This document shows, piece after piece, positions 47,465 to 57,346 of a stretch of 64,000 bases of DNA; position 1 is the first letter of the stretch, and every line of letters begins with the position of its first letter. Below the pieces are notes generated by a model. The model saw nothing but the letters and a program-made list of their open reading frames with translations. It searched no databases and was not told the origin of the DNA. This DNA is from Candidatus Sumerlaeia bacterium (GTDB lineage: Bacteria; Sumerlaeota; Sumerlaeia; MVZB01), in assembly GCA_963580245.1 (NCBI GenBank), contig CAUZJO010000002.1, positions 12,499 through 76,498 of the forward strand, read 5' to 3'. A program made the translations under genes and the position numbers.

Positions 47465-47868
47465 AGGCTGCCCAACAACCTCACGGCGATTTTTAAGAAG
47501 TTGGATCACCGGTGAAATCCGGGATGAAAATCCTTGCCAATGACGCCCATCGACCGGATAATCCTCTGAGGAGACGAAAGCGTGGGAGATCATTAACGTG
47601 GGGATCGCCGTGTCAGGAAATCAAAATCCAGATGGCGGTCACTCCTGGACACACGCATTGTCAATTATATCGATTATTGGACGGAATTTCATGAAACACT
47701 ATGGCGCTTGTCTCCAATGGCGGGATGGTCTTCGTATCCGCCACCCATTTCGCTTACGCGAACCAGCGTCCGACACGGGCCGACTTGTGCCCGCCGGCCG
47801 GTAGGGTTGCATTTCGCGGATTCGTGAGATGCAACCGTTGATGCTTCATAGAGACCGGTTTAGCATCC

Positions 47869-50800
47869 CTACTCCTCGTCCTTCTTCTCATCGCCCCAGA
47901 TCGGTTGAGATAGCTTGCGGGCTTTGTCCACGACGCCGCCCAGGATGCCTCTTACCGATTCCGTGATTTCCTCGTGCGCCACCGGAATGCGGAGCTGGGG
48001 CAGGACGACGTAGCCCTCCTTATCACCCTTCACGCTGATCGCGATCGGGAATCGAAACATATCGGTGGCGACGGCCACGACGTCGGGGATCAGCGGGTTT
48101 TTGTCGATGAGTTTTTCGTTGAGCGCGGACGTGATCGCGGGGATCAGCTTGAGTCGATAGCGCCCATCGAATCCCACGGTCCCGTCCAGCCTGATCCCGT
48201 GCAGGGGGCCGTGGAGTCGACAGTCATCGAGCAGAGCGAGGCCGTCGGCGAGATTCACGTTGCCGGTGATGTCATTGAAGTCCAGGTCTCGGAACGAGTC
48301 GATCTTCGTTTGGTCGGCAAGGATATCAAGCAGGAAAACATCGTGCATCCGGCCTTCCGCAACCGCGAAGCTGATCTCACTTTGAAGGTTTATTTTTAAC
48401 TCCTCGCCGCGTCCCCGGCTCGATCCCCGCGAGTTGATCCGGGCCCGACCGGTGAACTTATCGTTGCCCTCGGCGTCCTTCTTGTTGAGCAACTCTTCCA
48501 CGCGAACGCCCTCCGCGGCGACCGTCCACGCCAAGCGTGGCTGACGCCGCGCCGATTCCACCTCGAGTTCGCCGCGCACGAAACCATCGGCCATCTTAGC
48601 GTCGTCCACGTAAAGCTGTAGATAACCGTCGTTCAGCTTCAGCCGACCCCGCACGTCGTTGAGATGCGCCTTGCCCATTTTGAATTCGCCGGCCGCGAAG
48701 TTGGCCGTGAGATGACCCGGTCGTTGCCCCCGCGGCTTTTGAGGCCCCGTTGTCCCCGCGGCTGCCGCATCTTTCCGCAGCTGTTGAAACCAGGCGAGGT
48801 ATGGATCGACGTTCAACTTTTCGATCTCGGCGTTCAGTCGGAAGTCGGGAACCGGCACCATGCTCCCCTCGCCCCAAATTTTCACCGCGTCGCGGGTCCC
48901 GTCCTCGGACTGGGCCAGTCCCTTGAGGAGAAACCGCTCGACCGTCCGGCCCAGCATTTCCAGTTCGTTCTTGATCTCGACGGTCCGTTGCGCGGTCGGC
49001 GTTCCCGATTCATCCAGCGAGGCGATCCCCAACTTGATCTCGCCCCTCAGTCTCAGGTGCCCGTCGTCCAGGGTGCTGATGGTCTCATCAACCTCGAGCG
49101 GGATCGGCGGAAGGTTTTCGGTGTGAAACGGGCGGCCCAGACGCATCCAGGGCGCCAGATCGATGTCACGCGCCGTCAGACGAACTTGCCTTTCCCCCTC
49201 CGCGTCGGGATCCATGAGCCAACCGCCCCTGATCTCCACAATGCCCGGTTCACTCTTGTCGGGTTGACCGAGTTCCAACCGCAAAGGCGCGAACGCCACT
49301 CTCTGCTCGGTCAGGTCGTAGGTCACTTGATTAGAGCCTTTGACGTCGAGCGGCAGGACGCCGCCGCTTTCGAGCTTAAGCCCCATGCCCGCCAGTTCGA
49401 ACTCACCGGCCGTGGTGAGGCGCCCCGCCACGGGTTCGAATGCCAGTTTCTGCTCGAACTCGAGTCGGCCTTCACTCAGCCCCGCTAAGTCCTCGCGTGC
49501 CGCCAGGTCGAGGATCGAGGCGGCGGCCAGCACTCCGGGGATCTCAGCCTTCAAAACCGCCTCAACCGTGGTTTTCTCCAAGTCCACGGTTCCGGCGAAG
49601 CTAACCTGGGCCAGCGATTGGCCCCCGGCTATTACCTCAAGCGTCGCTCCCTTGAGATCCAACCGATGCAGCTCACCCAGGGACGCCTGGAATTTGTGGT
49701 GGATATCCAGCGGGGTCAGCCACAGTTGTTTGGAGATGATGTCCAGGCCGCGCAGCTCTCCCTCGACCGATATTTGTTGGCCCAGGTCCGCAACCGTCAG
49801 CGTCAGGTTGCCCTTCAATGATCCCGATGGGAGCAAGTCGTCCTGATCGATGCCGGCGAGTCTCAGCCAGGGGCGCAGTTCGGCAAGATCGGTCTCGTGA
49901 ACGATCAAGCTGAGATGCGTCGGTTCGTGGTCGAGCCCCTCCCCTACCCCCGCGGGCTCTCCCGGCTCCCCGCCGGTCAGATTCAGCGCCAAGGGTTTGT
50001 CCATCGAAACGTCGATAAGCGGCTGCCGCGCACCCGATACCCGCAGGTCCATCAAGTCCCACCGAACCTGACCGAAATCCATCCCGGCGCTCCCCTTTTG
50101 CTCGAAACGGAGGTTCAAGGGGGGCGTCGGCGGTTGATTGGGGTCGGCTCGCAAACTGAGTTCCCGGGCGTTGATCGTCGATTCGAAGTGGATCGTCTCG
50201 CCCGAGCCCTCGACGTGAAACTTGGCGTTAATGGCCGACTGCTCGAGCTGATACGGCCCGAACGCCGCGAGCAGGGGGTTGAGGAATTCCCGGCTGATCT
50301 GGGAGACCTCGAGGTCGGCGCGGCGTTCGCCACGGTCGTCATCCCAAACGATTTCGCCCTTGAAATAGCCGGCGCTGCCCTCCGAGGTCTGGGCGTGCAG
50401 CTCGAAGGATTGGCTGAAGCCGTGGGCCAGTTTCACCAGACCCCGGCCGCGGCCGCCCAGATCAACCTTGTGAATCCCTTCGAGCCCCGGCGCGCGGCCT
50501 TCGACCGAAGCCTCGAGTGAAACGTCCCAGCCCAACTCCAGCCCGTCGGCCCCTTGGGTGAGGCTCCCCTTGAGCGAGAGATAACTCTTCTGGTCAATCC
50601 CGGCGGCCGGTCGCGCGAGCGTCGAGCCGAAGCTCAGCGAGAGCGAGCCCGTTTCCCCAGGGGCCAGATGTTCGACCTTCAGATACAGGTTTTGCAGCCC
50701 AAGCGTCATTCCCCCGGCGTCGGCGTAGTCGAGCTTCAGGTCCTCGATTTCGATCAATTCCACGACCATCGCGGGAAAGGGTTGCGGGGCCGAGCGGGCC

Positions 50801-51333
50801 GTGGCGGGAGTCCCCGCCGGGGCCTTCTCCACGGCGGGGGGGGCCGAACTGAGCGGCACGGGGATCGGCGTCGGCTCGCTCTTGATGAGCCGCTCAAGAT
50901 TCGTGATTCCCTCCGCGTCGGACCGCACGTGGAAGTAAGGGGAACTGAGCCGCACGTGCCGGACCACGGGCAATCCTTCGCCCATCAGCGAAAAGGGAGA
51001 TATGTTCGCCAGGAGCGTCTGGGCTTCGAAGACCCTCTGACCGTCGGCGTCCATCAAGCGCGGTCGGTCCAGCCTCAACAGGCCCGAAAGACTCACCCCA
51101 CCCCCCTCGGCGACCAATTCCCCGTTGAGCTTGCCGCTGGCCAGCGGGAGATAGATGTTCCGGACCGCATGCGAGGACTGCAGGTAGAGAACCGCGCCCA
51201 GGACCACGATCAAGAGAACGCCGAGGAGCTTGAGCAAAAAAAAGACCCGCCGCCGCCGCCGAACCCTTCGGATCGGGGCGTCCGCGTTCTTTTTCGGTTC
51301 GTTCGAGACGGGCTTTTGAGATACATTGTCCAA
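47869..51333 (-). CDS. AsmA-family / TamB-like giant envelope protein
   Basis: 1154 aa. N-terminal basic segment plus TM anchor (RRRRRVFFLLKLLGVLLIVVLGAVLYL), a long beta-rich body, and an AsmA-like C-terminal region. Confidence 0.8.
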   Translation of the reverse strand: MDNVSQKPVSNEPKKNADAPIRRVRRRRRVFFLLKLLGVLLIVVLGAVLYLQSSHAVRNIYLPLASGKLNGELVAEGGGVSLSGLLRLDRPRLMDADGQRVFEAQTLLANISPFSLMGEGLPVVRHVRLSSPYFHVRSDAEGITNLERLIKSEPTPIPVPLSSAPPAVEKAPAGTPATARSAPQPFPAMVVELIEIEDLKLDYADAGGMTLGLQNLYLKVEHLAPGETGSLSLSFGSTLARPAAGIDQKSYLSLKGSLTQGADGLELGWDVSLEASVEGRAPGLEGIHKVDLGGRGRGLVKLAHGFSQSFELHAQTSEGSAGYFKGEIVWDDDRGERRADLEVSQISREFLNPLLAAFGPYQLEQSAINAKFHVEGSGETIHFESTINARELSLRADPNQPPTPPLNLRFEQKGSAGMDFGQVRWDLMDLRVSGARQPLIDVSMDKPLALNLTGGEPGEPAGVGEGLDHEPTHLSLIVHETDLAELRPWLRLAGIDQDDLLPSGSLKGNLTLTVADLGQQISVEGELRGLDIISKQLWLTPLDIHHKFQASLGELHRLDLKGATLEVIAGGQSLAQVSFAGTVDLEKTTVEAVLKAEIPGVLAAASILDLAAREDLAGLSEGRLEFEQKLAFEPVAGRLTTAGEFELAGMGLKLESGGVLPLDVKGSNQVTYDLTEQRVAFAPLRLELGQPDKSEPGIVEIRGGWLMDPDAEGERQVRLTARDIDLAPWMRLGRPFHTENLPPIPLEVDETISTLDDGHLRLRGEIKLGIASLDESGTPTAQRTVEIKNELEMLGRTVERFLLKGLAQSEDGTRDAVKIWGEGSMVPVPDFRLNAEIEKLNVDPYLAWFQQLRKDAAAAGTTGPQKPRGQRPGHLTANFAAGEFKMGKAHLNDVRGRLKLNDGYLQLYVDDAKMADGFVRGELEVESARRQPRLAWTVAAEGVRVEELLNKKDAEGNDKFTGRARINSRGSSRGRGEELKINLQSEISFAVAEGRMHDVFLLDILADQTKIDSFRDLDFNDITGNVNLADGLALLDDCRLHGPLHGIRLDGTVGFDGRYRLKLIPAITSALNEKLIDKNPLIPDVVAVATDMFRFPIAISVKGDKEGYVVLPQLRIPVAHEEITESVRGILGGVVDKARKLSQPIWGDEKKDEE

Positions 51334-51448
51334 GAGAAACCAAGCCCTCGGGTAGGTCGGCTCAAGCGTCGCGGAATATATCCATCAGCCGATGGTATGG
51401 ATCCAAGATACCATCGACCGATTAAGGCTGTCCAAATGAATGGGTGAG

Positions 51449-52141
51449 TCAGGGGATCGGTGGGGAGGGCAATTGCGCAATACGAGTCGTCTCGGAGAGC
51501 GGGGGCGTCTCAACGTAGACCGGACAGGGCAGCGCATCGGCGATCTTCTCGGCCCCCTCCTCCATGCTTTCGTTCATCCGCTTTCCGCGAAGTTGCAATA
51601 TGGAGGAGAAACTGCGCTCGAGCAGGCCCAGCGGCGAAATTGTCGCCCCGCCCGTCCAATCGCGCACCACGAAGTGATTGCGGTAGATCACCCGGCGGGT
51701 GCGGGTATCCACCATCGCCAGATGGAGGTCGTAGCGCACGTGGGCATAGAGGAGCAGGTAAAGCCGGCCGACCTTTTCGAGCCGGGTGAACACGACGTAG
51801 TCGGCCAGGTCCGGCGTCACGAGGGCCGACTCGGGCAGTTGGGCGGGCGAGCATTGGTGCTGATAGGCCAGCGTCGCCATCACCGCGTCGATCTCGGCCA
51901 GTTCCTTGTCCTTATAGGGAAGCACCGAAACGGCGCGATAGAGGGATTCACGGAAGACTTCGGCTAGTTCGGGATGCCCCGAGAGATCAGCGGTCGGCAA
52001 GATGGCCAAGGTCTGGGGCGGGTCTTCGGGTCGCTCGATGTGCTCGGACTCCGAATACCCCCGAACCGCCACGCCCCCGCAGGCGCTGAGGATGAGCGAA
52101 GCGAGCATCAGGAGGACGGCGACACGGCAATGGGGAAACAT
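51449..52141 (-). CDS. Putative lipoprotein (GNA1162/DUF799-like, tentative)
   Basis: ATG 52141 gives MFPHCRVAVLLMLASLILSACGG, with a lipobox. The longer ORF to 52399 would overlap queE. Confidence 0.65.
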   Translation of the reverse strand: MFPHCRVAVLLMLASLILSACGGVAVRGYSESEHIERPEDPPQTLAILPTADLSGHPELAEVFRESLYRAVSVLPYKDKELAEIDAVMATLAYQHQCSPAQLPESALVTPDLADYVVFTRLEKVGRLYLLLYAHVRYDLHLAMVDTRTRRVIYRNHFVVRDWTGGATISPLGLLERSFSSILQLRGKRMNESMEEGAEKIADALPCPVYVETPPLSETTRIAQLPSPPIP

Positions 52142-52241
52142 CGGAACCAACGGAGCAACGGGAACTTGAACCGACACGAAAGAATGTCGGCGCAGATCAG
52201 CGGAGTCACTATAAACGAGTTCGAATCGGTTTGTCGAGTCC

Positions 52242-52970
52242 TCAAATCCCGCTTTTGCGGCCGGGCCATAGGTATTTGTGGATTTGGAGATTGAGGCGAA
52301 CGGGGAGCCGGTCCCGCAGAACCCAGGAGGCCAGATCGGCGGGATCGAGACCTTCGTGGACGGGCGAGAAGAGGACCGTGCGCGAGGCGGCCAGGTCATG
52401 TTGGTCGACGACCCCGCGGGCCCAGTCGTAATCGGTCGCGTCCTTGATCACAAACTTGATCTCATCGCGGGCACCCAGATGAGAGAGGTTTTCCCAGCGA
52501 TTGGACTTCACCTCGCCGCTGCCCGGGCACTTGATGTCCATGACCTTGATCACGCGCGGATCGACCGGGGCGATATCCTCGGCCCCGCTTGTCTCAAGCA
52601 GCACCTCGTGGCCCGCGTCACACAGTTCGCGTAGCAGCGCCAGGCAACCCGGCTGGGCCAGCGGCTCGCCGCCGGTGACCTCAACCAGGGGCAGCCCCAA
52701 ATCGCCGACGCGGCCGATCACATCGGCGACCGACAGACGATCGCCGCCCTGAAAGGCGTATGCGCTGTCGCACCAGTGACACCGCAATGGACAACCGCTC
52801 AGGCGGACGAACGAGCAAGGCGTCCCCATCCGGGTCGACTCGCCCTGGATCGACGCATAAATCTCGCTGATGATGACCGTTCGCCCGGATTCGCCGACCT
52901 CGGCCGTTGACGCGTCGGTCACGGGGGCATCCGATTTGACAATCCCCTCATTCATCCAAGTACGGCCCAA
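52242..52970 (-). CDS. queE: 7-carboxy-7-deazaguanine synthase QueE (radical SAM)
   Basis: ISEIYASIQGESTRMGTPCSFVRLSGCPLRCHWCDSAYAF is the QueE cluster motif CxxxCxxC with upstream QGE. The start may be 52970 or 52955. Confidence 0.92.
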   Translation of the reverse strand: MGRTWMNEGIVKSDAPVTDASTAEVGESGRTVIISEIYASIQGESTRMGTPCSFVRLSGCPLRCHWCDSAYAFQGGDRLSVADVIGRVGDLGLPLVEVTGGEPLAQPGCLALLRELCDAGHEVLLETSGAEDIAPVDPRVIKVMDIKCPGSGEVKSNRWENLSHLGARDEIKFVIKDATDYDWARGVVDQHDLAASRTVLFSPVHEGLDPADLASWVLRDRLPVRLNLQIHKYLWPGRKSGI

Positions 52971-53054
52971 TCTGCATGACGAGAGACCAACCCAACTGAT
53001 GCGAGATGACGCATCTCCTTGTCGCCGGTTCCAATCCTTCCCGACGGACGGGGC

Positions 53055-53085
53055 AAGACAAAACCCGCGCTCAAAAACGCGGGGG
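53055..53085 (-). terminator. Rho-independent terminator candidate (minus strand)
   Basis: On the minus strand: cccgcg, a loop, cgcggg, followed by ttttgtctt. It lies downstream of the family-B repeat copy 2 and upstream of queE. Confidence 0.35.
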
Positions 53086-53249
53086 CCACGGGAGACGCGC
53101 GCCCATCAGGGCTTGTGCGTTGATGATCGGAGTTTATCGCGTGGGTGTCAAGCGGATCCCCCGAGGCGCGACCCATTTGGGTGCATCTCACGGAACCGCG
53201 AGATGGAACCTTGCGGCCAGCGGCACAAATCAATTCTGTCCTCGTGCTT

Positions 53250-53478
53250 GACCCCGAAGGGGTCGAATGTGATTAGCCGTGGGTGTCAACCCACGGTTTG
53301 CGGCCCCACATCTTGACAACCCTGAAAGGGTTGAATCGTAACGTGATGCGACCTGTTCTGTTCGACCCCTTAAGGGTCGTGACGTCTTGGGGCTCCACTT
53401 CCGTGGGTTGCCACCCACGGCTAATCATATTGCTCCCCTGCAGGGAGCCAGAGAACTCATTTCTTCTCCCCGCCCGTG
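53250..53478 (-). repeat. Family-B multi-hairpin intergenic repeat, copy 2 (inverted relative to copy 1)
   Basis: The reverse complement aligns to 1343..1556. Stems are retained and loops differ: ctccc-tgaa-gggag versus ctccc-tgca-ggggag, and gaccc-tgga-ggggtc versus gaccc-ttaa-ggggtc. Confidence 0.75.
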
Positions 53479-53544
53479 GTCACATCGCACGGATCCGTGA
53501 GGTACGACCGGCCCATCTCGCCATCGAAAAGGCCCCTTCGCGAT

Positions 53545-54138
53545 TCATTCGATGGGCTTGATCTGGCTCGCCATCATGCGCATGCGCTGGCGGGCGACGG
53601 TTGCCTGATAGGTCTTGGGGAAATTTTCGATGATGGCGCGCAGCATCTCCAGCGCGCGCTCGGGCCGTTTGAGCTCTTGGAAGTAGATCTCGGCTAAGTG
53701 GTGGTAGCGCGAGCATTTCTCGTCGATGGTCATATCGTTGTCGAGCGTGAGCAAGTAAGTCATCTCGCGCGCGTAATCGGCCTTGCGCCCCGCCTTCAAC
53801 AGTCGCTCGCATAGAATCTCGGGTGCCATTGCGTCGTTGGGGTGCTTTTCGATGCGCGCGCGCATCGTGTCGTCGTCCATCGCATCCAGCCGCGCCTCGC
53901 GCCGCGTGCGGTATCCGTCATGACGAACCCCACGTCGGCGTGACGATCTCAGATTGGGTTCCGGTCCCAACCACGGCGCGAGCAGGCGAAAAACCCGCGT
54001 CAGCAACCAATGAATCGCCCAAATCACCAGCACCCCCGCCGCCAGGGTCCCAACCACACCCCAAAATCCCAAGACATGCATCCAGTCGATGAGCAGAATC
54101 ACCAAGATGATGAGGAGAAAAACATCGAGGTATAGCAT
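53545..54138 (-). CDS. Hypothetical membrane protein with a helical (TPR-like) C-terminal domain
   Basis: 197 aa. Two N-terminal TM helices, a basic linker, then a helical domain (EILCERLLKAGRKADYAREMTYLL...RALEMLRAIIENFP). No family recognised. Confidence 0.55.
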   Translation of the reverse strand: MLYLDVFLLIILVILLIDWMHVLGFWGVVGTLAAGVLVIWAIHWLLTRVFRLLAPWLGPEPNLRSSRRRGVRHDGYRTRREARLDAMDDDTMRARIEKHPNDAMAPEILCERLLKAGRKADYAREMTYLLTLDNDMTIDEKCSRYHHLAEIYFQELKRPERALEMLRAIIENFPKTYQATVARQRMRMMASQIKPIE

Positions 54139-54220
54139 CGGAAGGGCGCAATCAAAAACTCAATGGGACCTGACGATAATGAATCGTAGACATTCACCCG
54201 TCTCGCTGGTCGATCCTTAA

Positions 54221-54346
54221 GGGAACCTCTAAAGAACGCTTTGCAGTCGTCCCTACGGGACTCCAATTCATTACCGGTTTGATTTCCCGCCACTTGTGTG
54301 GCGGGCTGAACGCAATCGTCCCTGCCGGGACTGAATTTTTAGAGGC
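54221..54346 (-). repeat. Family-A multi-hairpin repeat, copy 3 (inverted)
   Basis: Reverse complement of the family-A consensus. The central hairpin loop is ACAA in the family orientation. Confidence 0.8.
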
Positions 54347-54394
54347 ACCCATAATCCTGATGTGTCGACTCGAATGATTCAGCCGTGAACGCGT

Positions 54395-56005
54395 TCATTG
54401 TTCCGCCCAGCGCAGCCGCGCCGGATCGAAAATTCCACTCAGGTTGTTCTCATATCCTTCGAGACCTTGGGCCACCAGGTACGGGTTGCGGTAGGAGTAA
54501 ATCGGGATGGCCGGCATTTGCTCGACGAAGTAGAGTTCGGCCTCGATCATCAGCGCCTCGCGTTTTTCGAGGTCGGCTTCGGCCCGGACTTTGGCCAGCA
54601 GGTCGTCATAGTGCGCGTCCTCCCAGAACGAATCATTGTGATCGCTCTCGGATTCAAACATATCCAGGAAGTTGATCGGGTCGGCGAAGTCGGCGACCCA
54701 ACCGGCCCGCGCGATATCGAACTCGCCGGCCCTCCGGTTGTCGAGCAGCACCTTGAACTCCTGGTTTTCGACCGCCATTTCAATGCCCAATTCACGCCGC
54801 CAGGTCTCCTGGAGCACCTCGGCGATTTTTCGGTGCCCTTCCATTGTATTGTAAATGTAGCGAAGCTTCGGCAAGCCCTGACCGTCGGGGTATCCCGCTT
54901 CGGCCAACAGCCGTCGCGCCCCGTCAAAGTCGGCATCCTGATAAGTCGGCTCGGGTGGATTGGAGTAGAGAACCATCGGCGAAATGAAAAAGGCGAGCGG
55001 TTCGCCCGCCTGGGTCATGCTTTCGACGATCGCCCGGCGGTCGATCGCCAATGCCAATGCGCGCCGCACACGCACGTCCTCGAAAATCTCCCGGCGGCAG
55101 TTAATAAACAGAAAGTAGGTCCCGACCATATAGGGTGACCGATACTCGGCTCGTTCGCGCAACTTTGGGATGTCGGGGCGCGGGACGGTGTTCGTGGCGT
55201 CGAGTTCGCCGGTATCGAAGGCGATCAGTTCAGTTGATTCCTCCTCGATCATGCGAAATACGAGACGATCAAGCTTGACGTTGTCGGTATCCCAGTAACC
55301 CGGGTTCTTTTCCATGACGATCTTATCGCCGGGCGAGTACTCGAGGAGTTTGTAAGGGCCGCAGCCGACGTAGGTCTCGGGCCGCAGCGCCCAGTCCTTG
55401 TTGGCCTCGTCCACCGACCGGCAGACGGGGAAGTAGGAGTGATGGGAGAGGATTTGCGGGAAGAAGGGGGTGGGGGCCTCGAGGTGAATGCGCAGCTTAT
55501 CGGGCGCCAGTGCCCACACCCAGACTGAATCGGGCCCCAGGTTCGGATTGTCATAGTACTCCTTGCCGCCCTTGAGATAGTTGTAGAGTTGATAGGCGTA
55601 TTCCGACGCGAACTCGGGATTGAGCACGCGACGCGTCCAGGTGTATACGAAATCGTCCGCCGTCACGGGCTCGCCGTTGGTCCAGTAGGCCTCGCGCAGC
55701 TTGATGTCGTAGACCAACCCGTCGGGGCTCACTTCCCAACTCTCGGCCAGGTCCGGCTGGGGCTGGCTGTTGGCGTCCAGGACGGTCAGGCCACGAATCA
55801 AACCGAGGATGACCTTGGACGAGGGAACATCGGCGGCCAGCGAGGGGTCGAGCGTGCGCGGATTGGCCCCGATGTTGACCACCGCCTCGCCCGCGACCTG
55901 GCGCTCGGCCCGCGGATTGCCCCGGCACCCGCCCAGGCACAGGCCGGCGAATATACAGAAGCCGAAACAGACCAGCTTCGAGACGAAGTGTTTTGTTCGA
56001 TCCAC
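54395..56005 (-). CDS. ABC transporter substrate-binding lipoprotein, peptide/nickel (family 5, OppA/DppA-like)
   Basis: 536 aa. Lipobox FAGLCLGGC and family-5 SBP motifs (LAESWEVSPDGLVYDIKLR, GCGPYKLLEYSPGDKIVMEKNPGYW). Confidence 0.92.
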   Translation of the reverse strand: MDRTKHFVSKLVCFGFCIFAGLCLGGCRGNPRAERQVAGEAVVNIGANPRTLDPSLAADVPSSKVILGLIRGLTVLDANSQPQPDLAESWEVSPDGLVYDIKLREAYWTNGEPVTADDFVYTWTRRVLNPEFASEYAYQLYNYLKGGKEYYDNPNLGPDSVWVWALAPDKLRIHLEAPTPFFPQILSHHSYFPVCRSVDEANKDWALRPETYVGCGPYKLLEYSPGDKIVMEKNPGYWDTDNVKLDRLVFRMIEEESTELIAFDTGELDATNTVPRPDIPKLRERAEYRSPYMVGTYFLFINCRREIFEDVRVRRALALAIDRRAIVESMTQAGEPLAFFISPMVLYSNPPEPTYQDADFDGARRLLAEAGYPDGQGLPKLRYIYNTMEGHRKIAEVLQETWRRELGIEMAVENQEFKVLLDNRRAGEFDIARAGWVADFADPINFLDMFESESDHNDSFWEDAHYDDLLAKVRAEADLEKREALMIEAELYFVEQMPAIPIYSYRNPYLVAQGLEGYENNLSGIFDPARLRWAEQ

Positions 56006-56221
56006 GCCCCATGTCCCTCAATTCTCATGGATTATGACGACCGTCGCACCCCAACGAATATAGCCCCTCGGCGGCTCACCCTCAAGTCATCGCAAGCGAA
56101 TGGAGCCACACCGGACCGGCGGGACGTTAAAACGGCGCCCCCGGTCGTGAGATTCTATCGACATTCGCCCCCAACCGGGGGGGATGATGGCGGCGAATCG
56201 CCCCGCCGGGATCGGCCGCGC

Positions 56222-56726
56222 ATGTTCTATCTGGAATTGTTTCGCGCTCTCAACTCGCATGATGTCCGATACTTGCTCGTGGGCGGGCTCGCCGTGAACC
56301 TGCACGGCGTTCCGCGCGTGACGATGGACGTGGACCTGATTGTGGGTCTGGACGGGGAAAATCTCCGTCGCTTCCTGGCCGCCGCCGATGATCTGGGCCT
56401 GACCCCCGGCGTGCCGGTCGGAATTGAGGAACTGCTCGACCCAGACCAGCGGACCCTCTGGACAAGCGAAAAAGGGATGGTGGCTTTTCCGCTGCGGCCG
56501 CCCACCCCCGACGGTAGACATCCTCCTGGATCCGCCGCTGGACCTGCCCGCCGCTTTCGAGCGGGCCGAGATGCGCAACGTAGAAGACATCACGGTCCAC
56601 CTCGCCTGCATTGATGACATGGTCCGGCTCAAGCATGCCAGCGGACGCAAGCAGGACCACGCCGATCTTGAACATTATGCTGCGCATCCAGGAATCAAGG
56701 CGGGCTACTTAGGTGACGGGAGATAG
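56222..56726 (+). pseudogene. Minimal nucleotidyltransferase-fold protein, frameshifted in a C5 run
   Basis: MFYLELFRALNSHDVRYLLVGGLAVNLHGVPRVTMDVDLIV (hG[GS]..D.D type) is in one frame. The continuation VDILLDPPLDLPAAFERAEMRNVEDITVHLACIDDMVRLKHASGRKQDHADLEHY is in another. The switch is at ccccc, 56505..56509. It is a paralogue of 62197..62652. Confidence 0.65.
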
Positions 56727-56727
56727 A

Positions 56728-56934
56728 ATGGAGCGCAAATCGACCCCGGAGGGAAAGGGGTCCCTCGGCGGCTTCGACTATTACGTCAGCGACGAGCAAC
56801 TGCGCGCCTTCGGTCGCCTGACCGCGCTCCAGCGCCTCCAATGGCTCGACGAGGTCCGCCGCTTCACCCTGCTCGCCCAAACCCCGGAGACCGCCCGTCG
56901 CCAAGAGCGCCTGCGTCGCGGCGAGCGGCTGTAG
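56728..56934 (+). CDS. Small hypothetical protein (68 aa) coupled to the nucleotidyltransferase
   Basis: The ATG is 1 nt after the upstream stop, with GGGAGA just upstream. Sequence: MERKSTPEGKGSLGGFDYYVSDEQLRAFGRLTALQRLQWLDEVRRF.... No family recognised. Confidence 0.45.
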   Translation: MERKSTPEGKGSLGGFDYYVSDEQLRAFGRLTALQRLQWLDEVRRFTLLAQTPETARRQERLRRGERL

Positions 56935-57346
56935 GGGGCCGGGTTCCGGGTTGATACTCAGTTCCGAGCGTAGACTCCGCTTCGATAAAGGGTCCCCAAT
57001 CTGGTTCATGATCGGCTCTCGGTGCTCGTCCTCGTAATCGGCCTCCGCGTGGCTCCCCACCTCGATCGGGGACCGAGAAAAAGACCGATTACGAGACCGA
57101 TTACGAAGACGAGTGACGAGAGCCAAACGGCAAGATGGAGCGAGGCAATAAACCCCATCCCTCACGTGTCCTGCTGGTGGAAGTGTTTGACAACACGTCG
57201 CTCAGCCTCCACTCCCCGATCCCCGGTGGGGGGATTTCCCTTGCTGGATTGCGGCCATGCCGACTAATTTGGTGACCGGCCCGGGAGTCGCGGGCAAAAT
57301 GCTTGATCTACCCCGCGCGCGCTGACAAAGAGGTCCGGCTGCGTCC

